Made by a program: the position numbers and the translations under genes. Below are positions 1 through 9,502 of a stretch of DNA of 64,000 bases, in pieces. Numbering within the stretch: position 1 is the first letter of the stretch; each line of letters starts with the position of its first letter. The notes below the pieces were generated by a model. That model did not search any database and was not told the origin of the DNA. It saw only the letters and a program-made list of their open reading frames with translations. Source of the stretch: an uncultured Spirochaetota bacterium (GTDB lineage: Bacteria > Spirochaetota > Spirochaetia > SZUA-6 > Fen-1364); assembly GCA_963768665.1 (NCBI GenBank), contig CAVYIU010000007.1, forward strand, positions 512,494-576,493, read 5' to 3'.

Positions 1-657
1 CACGGCCAGGAAAAGGGTCACCGGCAGGAGAAAGGGAAGGACGATCCTGCGCAGAAGCTGCAGCCCCGATGCGCCATCCATGCGCGCGGCCTCCGTGATG
101 CTGGACGGGATGGTCTGCATCCCCGCCAGGAAGACGATCGTGCAATAGCCGAGCTCGACCCACACGTTGACGGCAAGGATCGAGGGAAGGGCCTGCGTGG
201 GGCTGTTGAGGAACTCGTGGGCCCGCAGGCCCACGGAGACGAACACCGCGTTGATGACGCCCAGGGGCGGCGACTGGAACATCCAGCGCCAGACCCAGGA
301 GACGGCGACCACGGGCGTGATGTAGGGGAGGACGTAGATCAAGCGATAGATGCCCTTCCCCCTCGGCACGCGGTCGAGGAGGAGGGCGATGCACAGGCTC
401 AGGACGATGACGGCCGGCGCGCCGAAGACCGCGTACTTCGCCGTATTGACCAGGGACTTCAGGAAGACCGGGTCGGCGAAGATCGCCCCGTAGTTCGCGA
501 GCCCCACGAAGTGGAGCGTCTTGCGCAGAAGGCCCCAGTCCGTGAAGCTCATCGCGATCATGTAGAGCATGGGCCCGAAGCGCACGCCCACGAAGAACAC
601 GAGCGGTATCCCCAGGAAGGCGTACGCCGTTGCGGCGCGTCGGGCCGCGAGTGTCAT
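1..657 (-). CDS. Carbohydrate ABC transporter permease (3' end runs off the window)
   Basis: Own translation from ATG at 657: MTLAARRAATAYAFLGIPL...FVGLANY...EAARMDGASGLQLLRRIVLP (EAA loop). Directly downstream of a sugar-binding protein gene. Confidence 0.9.
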   Translation of the reverse strand, partial: MTLAARRAATAYAFLGIPLVFFVGVRFGPMLYMIAMSFTDWGLLRKTLHFVGLANYGAIFADPVFLKSLVNTAKYAVFGAPAVIVLSLCIALLLDRVPRGKGIYRLIYVLPYITPVVAVSWVWRWMFQSPPLGVINAVFVSVGLRAHEFLNSPTQALPSILAVNVWVELGYCTIVFLAGMQTIPSSITEAARMDGASGLQLLRRIVLPFLLPVTLFLAV

Positions 658-665
658 GCGTCCCC

Positions 666-1919
666 CTACTTCCAGAAATCGTCGATGAGCTTCTGCTCCT
701 TCGCGGCAGCGTCCTTGAGGACCGCGGCGGGATCGGCCTTCTTGAGGTTGACCTGGTCCACCGCGTCGACGAGGATCGTGCGCTGTCCCGCCTCGTCCAC
801 GTAGGAGGTGGCGTGGGCGTACGCAAGCCCTTTCAGGAACACGCTGATCACCGGGTCATTCTTGTACTTGTCCGAGAGGCTCGGGGTGGCGGGGAGCTCG
901 CCGACCTTCTGCAGCCACAGGTCCTGGACCTCGGGCGAAGTCAGGAAGGCGAGGAACTTGACCGCGGCATCCAGCTTCGCCCCGGAGACGCCGTTCACGA
1001 TGGCGTTGGTCCAGAAGGAGGCGAAGTTCGACTTGATCCCCTTGTACGTGGGTAGCTCGGCGGCCCCCCACTCGAGGTTCTTCACGTCGTTCAGGGTGGC
1101 GATGCGGAACGATCCGTCGATGTTCATCGCTGCCTTCTGGGCCGTGAACGCGGTGACATCGTCCGTGGAGAAGTTCGGGTAGCCGACCTTGTCCTTCGTG
1201 ATCCTGTCCGTGTACCACTGGAACGCTTGGATGCCTGCCGGCGAATTGTAGGTCACCGTGCGGCCGTCAGCGCTGTAGGGGGTTGCCCCGAACTGCCGGA
1301 AGAGCACCTCCCTGATCCAGACGTGCCCCTGGCCGTTGGGCTGCATCAGGAGCCCGGACTGGACCAGGTTGCCCTGCGCATCGTACTTGGAGAGCTTCTT
1401 GGCGTCCGCCAGGAGCTCGTCGAGGGTCTTCGGCGGGCTGTTCGGATCAAGCCCCGCCTCCCGGAAGAGCTTCTTGTTGTAGATGAGGGCCAGGGTCCGC
1501 ACCGCCGTCGGCACGGAATAGTTCTTTCCTCCGAAGCTCACCGACTGTGCAACGAAGGGGTAGAAGTTCCTGGCGAAGTATGCCGAGCTGAAGGCGGAAT
1601 CCGGGAGCGCCTGTATGTAGCCCGACTTCACCCAGAGGGGGAGCCACCCGTAGTAGAGGTTGATGACGTCCGGTCCCTCGCCGGCGGGAACCGCCGCGGC
1701 GACCTTCTGCTGGTAGCTCTCGTAGGGGAAGGTGACCTGCTCGACCTTGATGCCTGGGTTCTTTGCCTGGAACTGCTGGATGAGGTCGTTCATCAGGTCC
1801 ACCTTGGACTGGTAGAAGTACTGCCAGTAGGTGATGGTGACGTCCGCGGCCTGGGCCGCGATCGCTCCGCCGACAAACAGGGCAAGAAAGAGAATGAGAC
1901 CGATTCGCGTCCTTCTCAT
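666..1919 (-). CDS. Sugar-family ABC transporter extracellular solute-binding protein
   Basis: 417 aa ORF with signal peptide, family-1 SBP motifs (AGEGPDVI, LIYNKKLFREAGLDP, KAAMNIDG) and strong SD GGAGGAG. Confidence 0.92.
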   Translation of the reverse strand: MRRTRIGLILFLALFVGGAIAAQAADVTITYWQYFYQSKVDLMNDLIQQFQAKNPGIKVEQVTFPYESYQQKVAAAVPAGEGPDVINLYYGWLPLWVKSGYIQALPDSAFSSAYFARNFYPFVAQSVSFGGKNYSVPTAVRTLALIYNKKLFREAGLDPNSPPKTLDELLADAKKLSKYDAQGNLVQSGLLMQPNGQGHVWIREVLFRQFGATPYSADGRTVTYNSPAGIQAFQWYTDRITKDKVGYPNFSTDDVTAFTAQKAAMNIDGSFRIATLNDVKNLEWGAAELPTYKGIKSNFASFWTNAIVNGVSGAKLDAAVKFLAFLTSPEVQDLWLQKVGELPATPSLSDKYKNDPVISVFLKGLAYAHATSYVDEAGQRTILVDAVDQVNLKKADPAAVLKDAAAKEQKLIDDFWK

Positions 1920-1931
1920 GGGACTCCTCCT

Positions 1932-1945
1932 TTGGATCGTTTCAA
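1932..1945. promoter_or_regulatory. Putative LacI-family operator TTGGATCGTTTCAA
   Basis: Imperfect palindrome with central CG (TTGnAnCGnTnCAA) immediately upstream of the SBP ribosome-binding site. Matches the general LacI/GalR operator shape. Confidence 0.55.
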
Positions 1946-2022
1946 CGCAAAGGCACTTTGCTCACTCGAAGATACCGCTTCGATCCTGACGCCAGCAAGC
2001 ACAGGGAAAGAGCATACCGAGC

Positions 2023-3403
2023 TCAGAGGGCCGGCTGCGGCGTGCTCTCGAGGACTCTCATCTTCTGCCACGCACCGTTTCGGTGCCGGATGAACATGGA
2101 GAATCCCATCGAGATGACGAAAGCGATGAAGAACGCCCAGACGGCGACCGGCGGCAGGACGAGGATACGGATGAAGATGAAGGCGCCGACTGCCATGATC
2201 CAGTGCAGGGTGCCGGAGATGATCATCACCCACTTCGTGTCTCCGGCGCCGCGCAGCGCGCCGGAGAACACGACGTTGGTCGCGTCGCCCAGCGTGTAGA
2301 GCGCCGCCAGGCGCAGGAGCACGCGCGCGAGGGGGAGGATAGCCTCGTCACCGGCGCCGAACCCGCTGGAGAAGACCTTCACCAGCAGCGGGGCGCCGGC
2401 GACGAAAACAACCATCATCACCCCGGCATAGCTCCACGCCACGCGCAGCCCCAGGTACGCTGCGCGGCGTGCGCCCCGGATGTCCCCCGCGCCCATGCGC
2501 TGGGCAGCCATGGACGTCACCGCCACGCCCACCCCGACCATGGGGATGAATGCCAGCAGGTCGTAGTTGAAGGTGATCGTGACCGCGGTGGCAACGGCCG
2601 GGCTGTAGGACCCCATCAACAGGACGAACACGTTGAACGCAAAAACGTTGATGAAGGTCTCCGCGCCGGCAGGCCCCCCGTAGCGCAGGAGCCTCGCCAG
2701 CATCTCCCAGCGCGGCCTCCAGGCGCCCCTGCCGTGGTGCGCGCGGTAGCCGCTGCTTCGCAGGTAGGAAAAGAAGAGAAACGCGACGATGAAGAACGAC
2801 CCGCCCAGCGTTCCCAGGCCCGCGCCTTCGATGCCGAGACGGGGAGCGCCGAGCTTGCCGAGCACGAGTATCCACGTCAGGGGCACGTTCCCGAAGATGC
2901 CGAGGAGGCTTGCCGCCATGACCACGCGCGTCCTGCCGATGCCCACGAAGTAGCCGGCCAGCACGGACTGCGCGAGGAAGAGGAAGGACCCCAGCATCAG
3001 GATGCGGAAGTAGCTGAACTCCAGCTGGATCAGCCCGGGATCGTGCCCTGCCCACCGGAAGCCGGAGTGCACGAGGGGAATGAGGGCAACCAGGATCGGG
3101 TAGAACACCACCGACAGGAGAAGCCCCTGGGACACCGCCTGCACGCAGCGCTCGGGCTTGCCCGGCGCCGTGGTACTGCGCGGCCAGTGCATTGACGTAC
3201 CCCACCGTCCCGCTGAACAGCGAGGTGAACACGAACTGCGTCAGGCCGCCGGTCATCGACGCGGGGATATAGGTGGCCCCGAGGAACGACACGAAGTAGC
3301 GGTTGCAGAAAAGCATGATCGTCTCCGAGCCCTGGGAAACGACCAGGGGGAAGGCGATGGTGAGCATGTGGCGAAGGGTGACTTCGCGGTGCAGCGTTGT
3401 CAT
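2023..3403 (-). CDS. MATE family efflux transporter (one frameshift near 3162)
   Basis: N-terminus in ORF 2348..3403 (IAFPLVVSQ...AQYHGAG) continues in ORF 2023..3192 (PRLGIEGAGLGT, GALRGAGDTK). Confidence 0.88.
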
Positions 3404-3406
3404 GGG

Positions 3407-3438
3407 AGAAAACTGCGCCCGGGAGCCCGGGCGCGGTT
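3407..3438 (-). terminator. Intrinsic terminator after gpmA
   Basis: GCGCCCGG/CCGGGCGC stem followed on the minus strand by AGTTTTCT, just after the gpmA stop. Confidence 0.55.
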
Positions 3439-3442
3439 CTGC

Positions 3443-4189
3443 CTATTTTGCCTTTCCCTGGTTCTTCACGGATGCGACCGCCTTGTCCAGCTCTGCCTGG
3501 TCGGCCAGGTAGAAGTGGCGGATCGGGGCGAGGGCCTCATCCAGCTCGTAGACCAGCGGTATGCCGGTGGGGATGTCCAGCCCGGCGATGTCCTTGTCCG
3601 ATACCTTGTCCAGCATCTTCACCAGCGCCCGGAGGCTGTTGCCGTGGGCCGCGATGATGATCTTCCTGCCTGCCTTCAGCACCGGGGCTATGGCGTCATG
3701 CCAGTAGGGCAGTGCGCGCGCCACCGTGTCCTTGAGGCACTCGGTGAGCGGCAGGTCTTTCGCGCTCAGCCCGCGGTAGCGTGGGTCATGCGACGGGTGG
3801 CGCGGATCGGAGGCCTCCAGGGGTGGGGGCGGAACGTCGTAGCTGCGGCGCCAGATGTGCACCTGCTCCTCGCCGAACTTCGCCGCCGTCTCTGCCTTGT
3901 TCAGGCCCTGCAGCCCGCCGTAGTGGCGCTCGTTCAGCCGCCAGCTGTTGGTGACGGGGATCCACATGAGATCCATCTCGTCCAGCGCCATCCAGAGGGT
4001 GCGAACGGCACGTTTCAGCACCGAGGTGAAGGCCAGGTCGAACACGTACCCCTCGGCCTTGAGCTTCTTGCCGGCAGCCTTCGCCTCGGTCATGCCCTTC
4101 TCCGAGAGGTCCACGTCGGTCCACCCGGTGAACCTGTTCTCCTTGTTCCATTCGCTTTCGCCATGTCGAAGCAGTACGACTCTGATCAT
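3443..4189 (-). CDS. gpmA: 2,3-bisphosphoglycerate-dependent phosphoglycerate mutase
   Basis: [43 protein letters not shown] motifs. Start set at ATG 4189. Confidence 0.97.
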   Translation of the reverse strand: MIRVVLLRHGESEWNKENRFTGWTDVDLSEKGMTEAKAAGKKLKAEGYVFDLAFTSVLKRAVRTLWMALDEMDLMWIPVTNSWRLNERHYGGLQGLNKAETAAKFGEEQVHIWRRSYDVPPPPLEASDPRHPSHDPRYRGLSAKDLPLTECLKDTVARALPYWHDAIAPVLKAGRKIIIAAHGNSLRALVKMLDKVSDKDIAGLDIPTGIPLVYELDEALAPIRHFYLADQAELDKAVASVKNQGKAK

Positions 4190-4195
4190 GCGGCC

Positions 4196-4224
4196 ATTAT
4201 GCCGAGCTCGGCGCAGGCAGGCAA
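4196..4224 (-). promoter_or_regulatory. Sigma70-type promoter of gpmA (probably leaderless)
   Basis: TTGCCT-N17-CATAAT ending 6 nt before the ATG, with no SD. Confidence 0.6.
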
Positions 4225-4244
4225 CGGGGGCAGGGGAGGGGGGC

Positions 4245-4712
4245 TTATTTCCCGCGGGGATCAGGGAGACCACCCTCGATCCGCGCCAGCTTCTCCAGCC
4301 GACGCACGTGGTCCGGGCCGGCGTCGAAGGTTGCCCGGAGGAACGTCGCGACGATCTCGCGGGCGAGCCATGGCCCGACGATCTGCGCGCCGATGCAGAT
4401 GACGTTCATGTCGTCGTGCTCCACGCCCTGGTGCGCGCTGCAACAGTCGTGGATCACGCTGGCGCGAATCCCCCGATGCTTGTTGGCGGCCATTGAGGCT
4501 CCTACCCCGGAGCCGCAGAGAAGCAGCCCGCGCCCTGCCCTGCCGGCCAGGATATCCTGGCAGACCGGCACGACGATATCGGGGAAGTCCACCGGATCGC
4601 CGGTGCTCGTGCCGTGGTCGATGAAGGGGATGCCGAGGCTGCGCAGGAGGCCAGTCACTTCGCCGCGCAGGGAGAAGCCGGCATGATCGTTGCCAAGTGA
4701 GATCGTCATCAC
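4245..4712 (-). CDS. rpiB: RpiB/LacA/LacB family sugar-phosphate isomerase
   Basis: [37 protein letters not shown] motifs. Confidence 0.9.
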   Translation of the reverse strand: MMTISLGNDHAGFSLRGEVTGLLRSLGIPFIDHGTSTGDPVDFPDIVVPVCQDILAGRAGRGLLLCGSGVGASMAANKHRGIRASVIHDCCSAHQGVEHDDMNVICIGAQIVGPWLAREIVATFLRATFDAGPDHVRRLEKLARIEGGLPDPRGK

Positions 4713-5488
4713 GTCCTCCGTGGGGGATGCGTACGCGGCGCTTTCGACGAGAGGACGTCCTTGAACCAGGCTTCCGCTGCTTCCCAGTCCACCGTCTCGT
4801 CCGGCTTCTTCCCCAGCCTGTCGTAGAGCTTGCGCCTGCCCCGCTTGTCGTCAACGGCGATCCGGGCCGCGAAGTACAGCACCTCCTCGGCCACCTCCAG
4901 CGGCACCACCACGACTCCGTCCCAGTCGCATCCCACGATGTCACCCGGGCGGACCATCACGCCGCCGCAACCGATGGTGCTCTGCACCGCGGCAAGCTCG
5001 ACGCGCCCGGGGATGATGGGTCGTCCGATACCGCGGCAGGCAACAGGAGTCCGCTGCAGGATGACCTCGTCGGTGTCCCGGCACTGGCCTTCCGTGACGA
5101 TACCGACGGCGCCGTCTGCCTGCATTCCCATCGTGTTGTTGGAGCCCCAGTAGCCGCACTCCTTTGCCCCGGCAACCGAGGTCACGATGACACAGCCGCG
5201 CTTCACGTGCGGGGCAAGCTCCGCCTTCCAGCCGCCCATGTCGGCCCAGATGGCATGCTGCCGCAGCGCGTCTTTGCGGTCGATGGGTTCCATCCGCCTG
5301 TTCGCCGGCACGACCTGCATGGTGACGGCCGGTCCCCAGAACTTCATGCCCATCCAGAGCGGCCGTATGTCGCGGTCCATGAGCGTCACGTCGGCCCGGC
5401 CGACAGCATCCAGTCCGTCGGTGACGTCGGTCACGCGCAGAAACCTGGTGAACCGCTCGGCGATCCTGTAGGGGTCTTTTTCGGCCAT
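4709..5488 (-). CDS. RraA family protein / HMG-CHA aldolase-like
   Basis: VTDVTDGLD, WGSNN, GIVTEGQCRDTDE, VRPGDIVGCDWDGVVVVP. 4-bp overlap with rpiB. Confidence 0.82.
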   Translation of the reverse strand: MAEKDPYRIAERFTRFLRVTDVTDGLDAVGRADVTLMDRDIRPLWMGMKFWGPAVTMQVVPANRRMEPIDRKDALRQHAIWADMGGWKAELAPHVKRGCVIVTSVAGAKECGYWGSNNTMGMQADGAVGIVTEGQCRDTDEVILQRTPVACRGIGRPIIPGRVELAAVQSTIGCGGVMVRPGDIVGCDWDGVVVVPLEVAEEVLYFAARIAVDDKRGRRKLYDRLGKKPDETVDWEAAEAWFKDVLSSKAPRTHPPRRT

Positions 5489-5508
5489 GAGAACTCCTTC
5501 TCTTCCCC

Positions 5509-5937
5509 CTATTCTGCGTCAACGAGGTCCTCGGCTCCAAGCCCATATCCGAATGATTGCCAGTCAAACAGCTTCACCACATCTGCATCGCACCTCGGAA
5601 AGAAGAAGTTCCACAAATGAGTATCTCTGTGAATCAACGTCAAGTTATTGCTCCGCAGAGACCTGCCAAGTGCGCGATCGATGTTGTCAACTATCCTGTC
5701 AATCAGAAGTCTTCGGGGCTGCGACAATCTGTCGTCCATGAAGCGCGAGAAGCCCGCCCCGGCCTTCCGTACAGCCTCTCCGGCCTTGTAGCCGATCCTG
5801 ATCAGAGCGACTTGCGTCACCGGCGTCTCCCAGCTTTTGGCAAGGATGCAGGATGATAGAGCACCTGGTGGCATGCGCAGCACTTCCTCAAGCCATTCGC
5901 AGGTGACCGCGTCGAACGATTCTATTATTGGATGCAT
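5509..5937 (-). pseudogene. Truncated aminoglycoside/choline-kinase-like phosphotransferase
   Basis: Only 142 aa but retains TLIHRDTHLWN and LFDWQ kinase motifs. Most of the N-lobe and the C-terminus are missing. AT-richer than flanks. Confidence 0.55.
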
Positions 5938-6142
5938 ATCGAAGACCTCGCGCTTGCAGCTTGTTGCCCGCAAAGGCACCGCGGAAATCGTTTCCCCTTT
6001 CTTGTCCTGCCTGACGATGAGCTCAGTTGCGCCACCGCGCCGCCCCCAGACGGGGCTGGTTTGCGGAGCGCAGCTTTCGCCACGCTGCCCTGTCGCAAGG
6101 CGTCAACGGCAACGACATGTTCTCCGGCTCTCCACTGACCTG

Positions 6143-6787
6143 TCAGAATGACCGAGTCGGGAAACTCTCCCTGTATTCTTCAATCCTCAGCGTGAACACG
6201 TGACTGCCCTTTGGGTCGAATCCAAGATAGCGCATTCCTATCTTCTCCATAATGCGCCTTGCGGCGGCATTATCCGCCGGGCAGTTGCCGTCGATCTGCT
6301 GCAGTCCAAGCTTCCTGAAACCAAAGTCCAGAACTGCAGTTGCTGCCTCCGTGCCGTAGCCTCTTCCCTGGTACGCCTTCCTCAGCTGGCAATAGATCAC
6401 CGGGCCCGACATTGCTTTCTCATCATGTGCGAGTCCGCACCATCCGACATACTTGCCACTTTCCTTCTCGACAACTGCCAGGCAAAGATGCGTAAATGCA
6501 CCAACGGCGTTCCTCTCGTGGTTCAGAAGGATCTTTTCAATCTGGGCAATCGCCTCGGGCATAGAGATGCGCTTGCCGTCCAGCTTCCAGCTGTCTTGGA
6601 CACTTTGCGCGTCGCTCAAGGAAGGCGCTTTCAGCAGGAGTCGCCGTGTGGAGATCCGAATCGGGGCCCTGAGTCTCTTGCACTTCATTTCAACTGCCAC
6701 CCTACCGGACGATGGGATGATGCTATCAGCTTCCTGGCGCCTTGCCCAGAGAATGCCGCCTTCGCACCAGGGGCTCAGCCGCTTCAT
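6143..6787 (-). CDS. GNAT N-acetyltransferase, RimJ/RimL type (start may be the internal MKCKRL)
   Basis: ISTRRLLLK, YQGRGYGTEAA, DNAAARRIMEKIGM motifs. Confidence 0.82.
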   Translation of the reverse strand: MKRLSPWCEGGILWARRQEADSIIPSSGRVAVEMKCKRLRAPIRISTRRLLLKAPSLSDAQSVQDSWKLDGKRISMPEAIAQIEKILLNHERNAVGAFTHLCLAVVEKESGKYVGWCGLAHDEKAMSGPVIYCQLRKAYQGRGYGTEAATAVLDFGFRKLGLQQIDGNCPADNAAARRIMEKIGMRYLGFDPKGSHVFTLRIEEYRESFPTRSF

Positions 6788-6796
6788 GGGTCGCAG

Positions 6797-8584
6797 CTAG
6801 AACATCATGGACTCCATGAACCGCGCCTGGAACTCGGGCTTGCCGCCCAGCTCGATGAAGCGCGCGTTCCGCGCGGCGCTCTCCGAGCTGCGCCAGCACT
6901 CGCGGGAGAGAAGGACCATGATGGCGCCGCGCAGGGCGGCATTGCCCACCACCTCGACCCGGGCGAGGTCCATCGGCGGGATCAGGCCGATACGCATCGC
7001 TGACCAGGCGTCGAGGCCCGCGCCGAAATTGCCGGCGAGGCGCAGGGCATCCAGGGACTCCACCGTCACCCCGCTCACCTCGAGGAGGGTCTCAATGCCC
7101 GTCCGCACGGCGCCCTTTGCCAGCTGCAGCTTGCGGATGTCGTTCTGCGAAATGTAGACGCTTCGATCCTCGGAAAGGGCGAACACCGGCTCGTTCCCGA
7201 TGGTGAACACGCGCTCCCGCAGGAGGGGGGAGGCGATGTCACCGGGATCGGCGATCCGTCCGGTGGCGTCCACCACCCCGTTCTCGAGCAGCTGCGCGAT
7301 GCCCGCGATGAGTCCGGTCCCGCAGATCCCCTTCGGCGCGGTCTTGCCGACCACCTCGAGGGAGAGCGTCCCGTCGATGCCGATGGCGCAGCCGAAGATC
7401 GCCCCGGGAAGCGCCCGCATGCCGCACGCGATCTGCGCTCCTTCGAACGCGGGACCTGCCGCGGTGGACGTGGTGACCATCGCGCCGGACCGGGCGAGGA
7501 CCATCTCGCCGTTCGTCCCGATATCGATGGAGAGCGTCGTCTTCTTCTCTTCCTCGAGGGCGAGGGCGACGATCATGCCGATGGTGTCTGCCCCGACGTA
7601 CGCGGACACCAGGGGCAGCGTCTCGACGTAGCCGTGCTCCTGGAACGTCCACCCGAAGCTGCGCGGCGTGGAGCGGATGGACGCCGAGCTCACCGGCACG
7701 TAGGGCACGTGGGTGAGCTGGTAGGGATCGATGCCGTTGAGGATGTGGATCATGATCGGGTTGCCGACCACGATCGTCTTGACCACCGAGGCCGGTGCAA
7801 CCCCCGTCTCACCCAGGATCTGGAGCGCGCCTTCTTCTATAGTGCGGAGCGCCGCGGAGCGCACCGGGTCCCGCGCGGTGTGGAAGCTCTGCGCGCGGGA
7901 GATGACGTCCGCCCCGAATGCCACCTGGCCGTTGAGGAAAGCCTTGCGTGCGAGGCGCTCGCCGGTCTCCAGGTCCAGGAGGGCGATGTCAACGGTGGTT
8001 GTGCCCAGGTCAACGGCGAACCCGTAGCCGGAAGCCCCGTCATCGAGCCACAGGAAGGTGCTCTCCTCGCAGAGCGCCTTCGCGGTCCAGTCGTTCTCCC
8101 TCAGGATGCGGGAGATGCTCTCAAGGGACCCTGGATCCGGCAGGGAAGCCTCGATGCCGGCGCCGGCCAGCGCATGGACGAGCCGTTCCCAGTCCGCGCG
8201 CTGGTCCTCCAGGGAGGGAGGCGGCACGGTCACCGTCACGCGCCGCATGCTTCCGCTCCCTATGGCCGTGGCGATGTCCTCGTCCCGCAAGCCCTGCTTC
8301 CATGCTTTCTGTGACAGGCGTTCTTCGGGGATGGTCACCGCGCAGTCACCCTCCACCACCGTCTGGCAGGCGAGCCGGACGCCCCCGCGGGATTCCCCGT
8401 CAGCGAGGCGCCCCTTCCCCGACGCGGGGGCCGGGTCGACAGTGACGCGGCACTTGCGGCAGCTTCCCTTGCCGCCGCAGGGATAGTCGAGCGAGATACC
8501 GGCGGCCTGCAGGAGATCGCGGAGAGGTTGGCCGTGGGCGGCCTCGAGGGCGCGCCCGAGGGGGGCTACGGTGACTGTCGGCAT
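6797..8584 (-). CDS. ASKHA-domain 2Fe-2S protein (RACo-type ATP-dependent reductive activator of corrinoid proteins)
   Basis: N-terminal CGGKGSCRKC...LACQ ferredoxin, then AVDLGTTT, DIGTNGE, AAGPAFEG, GICGTG, LAGNFG. Start set at ATG 8584 (MPTVTV). Confidence 0.92.
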   Translation of the reverse strand: MPTVTVAPLGRALEAAHGQPLRDLLQAAGISLDYPCGGKGSCRKCRVTVDPAPASGKGRLADGESRGGVRLACQTVVEGDCAVTIPEERLSQKAWKQGLRDEDIATAIGSGSMRRVTVTVPPPSLEDQRADWERLVHALAGAGIEASLPDPGSLESISRILRENDWTAKALCEESTFLWLDDGASGYGFAVDLGTTTVDIALLDLETGERLARKAFLNGQVAFGADVISRAQSFHTARDPVRSAALRTIEEGALQILGETGVAPASVVKTIVVGNPIMIHILNGIDPYQLTHVPYVPVSSASIRSTPRSFGWTFQEHGYVETLPLVSAYVGADTIGMIVALALEEEKKTTLSIDIGTNGEMVLARSGAMVTTSTAAGPAFEGAQIACGMRALPGAIFGCAIGIDGTLSLEVVGKTAPKGICGTGLIAGIAQLLENGVVDATGRIADPGDIASPLLRERVFTIGNEPVFALSEDRSVYISQNDIRKLQLAKGAVRTGIETLLEVSGVTVESLDALRLAGNFGAGLDAWSAMRIGLIPPMDLARVEVVGNAALRGAIMVLLSRECWRSSESAARNARFIELGGKPEFQARFMESMMF

Positions 8585-8592
8585 CGGGGGGG

Positions 8593-8706
8593 ATAGTAGT
8601 GGTTCGCCGTTTGCGCGGCAAGCCCACAGCGGCTCCGAGAGCTCGCGGGCGGCTCTGAGAGCTCGCGCGCGCGTTCCTTGACGTTCCTGCGCCCGGGAGC
8701 TACCGT
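8593..8706. promoter_or_regulatory. Divergent sigma70-type promoters for RACo (-) and lipoprotein (+)
   Basis: Minus strand TTGCCG(8621-8616)-N17-TACTAT, 8 nt before ATG. Plus strand TTGACG(8678-8683)-N17-TACCGT, 7 nt before ATG. Confidence 0.62.
8629..8668. repeat. Tandem 20-bp direct repeat (2 copies)
   Basis: GCGGCTCCGAGAGCTCGCGG / GCGGCTCTGAGAGCTCGCGC, 18/20 identical. Confidence 0.75.
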
Positions 8707-8713
8707 TCATCCC

Positions 8714-9448
8714 ATGCCACGCATTGTGCGCCGCCTCGCAATCCTTCTCGTTCCCGCCATGCTCGCCGTGGGCCTGGTGAGCGCATGCTCGGTGAACCAG
8801 TCCATCGTCGTGAAGAACGACGGCTCCGGCACGGCGAGCCTCCACGCGGAAGTGTCGAAGCTGCTTGCCGACTACATCGCCAGTCTCGCCGAGGTTTCGG
8901 GGAAGAGCGTGCCGGCCGGCGGTGCCGTGTTCGACGCCGCGGCCATACGCAAGGATTTCGAGGCGCGGCCGGGCATGACGGTGAAGAAAGTGGCCACGCC
9001 CACGCCGAACTCCCTCGATCTCGACCTCGCCTTCGCGTCGATCCAGGACGTCTTCACGCGTGATGACGCCCTGAAATCGTCCGGCGCGCTCACCTACAGC
9101 GAATCGGGCGGGAAGAAGACCATCCGCCTCCACCTCGACAAGGCCAACTACACGCAGCTCTCCGCTCTTTTCCCGATGCTGAAGGATCCCACCGTGGCGA
9201 GCCTCGGTCCCCAGGTCAACGACACCACGACGGAGGCGGAGTACCTCGACATGGTGTCCTTCTCGATCGGGGCGGATGGGCCGGCCCTGCTGAAGAAGTC
9301 GTTCATCACCCTGACCATCGATCCGGAAGGGGACATCATTTCCCAGACCGGGGGAACCCTGAGCGGAAGCGCCGTGGTGTTCCGCATTCCTCTCCTGAGC
9401 CTGATGGTGCTGAACAAGCCGCTGGACTACTCGGTCACGTTCAAGTAG
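8714..9448 (+). CDS. Hypothetical lipoprotein
   Basis: Signal peptide with lipobox LVSA-C followed by SIVVKNDGSG. Coding-like codon usage. Confidence 0.78.
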   Translation: MPRIVRRLAILLVPAMLAVGLVSACSVNQSIVVKNDGSGTASLHAEVSKLLADYIASLAEVSGKSVPAGGAVFDAAAIRKDFEARPGMTVKKVATPTPNSLDLDLAFASIQDVFTRDDALKSSGALTYSESGGKKTIRLHLDKANYTQLSALFPMLKDPTVASLGPQVNDTTTEAEYLDMVSFSIGADGPALLKKSFITLTIDPEGDIISQTGGTLSGSAVVFRIPLLSLMVLNKPLDYSVTFK

Positions 9449-9502
9449 GGGCCGGCGCTCTCAGCGTGGCCGTGGACGAGCTCGTCCTGCGGGTCAGAAG
9501 CG

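Noticed and set aside
8585-9133. N-terminal extension of the RACo ORF (778 aa)
   Set aside because: It is the antisense shadow of the lipoprotein gene. A promoter sits directly before ATG 8584.
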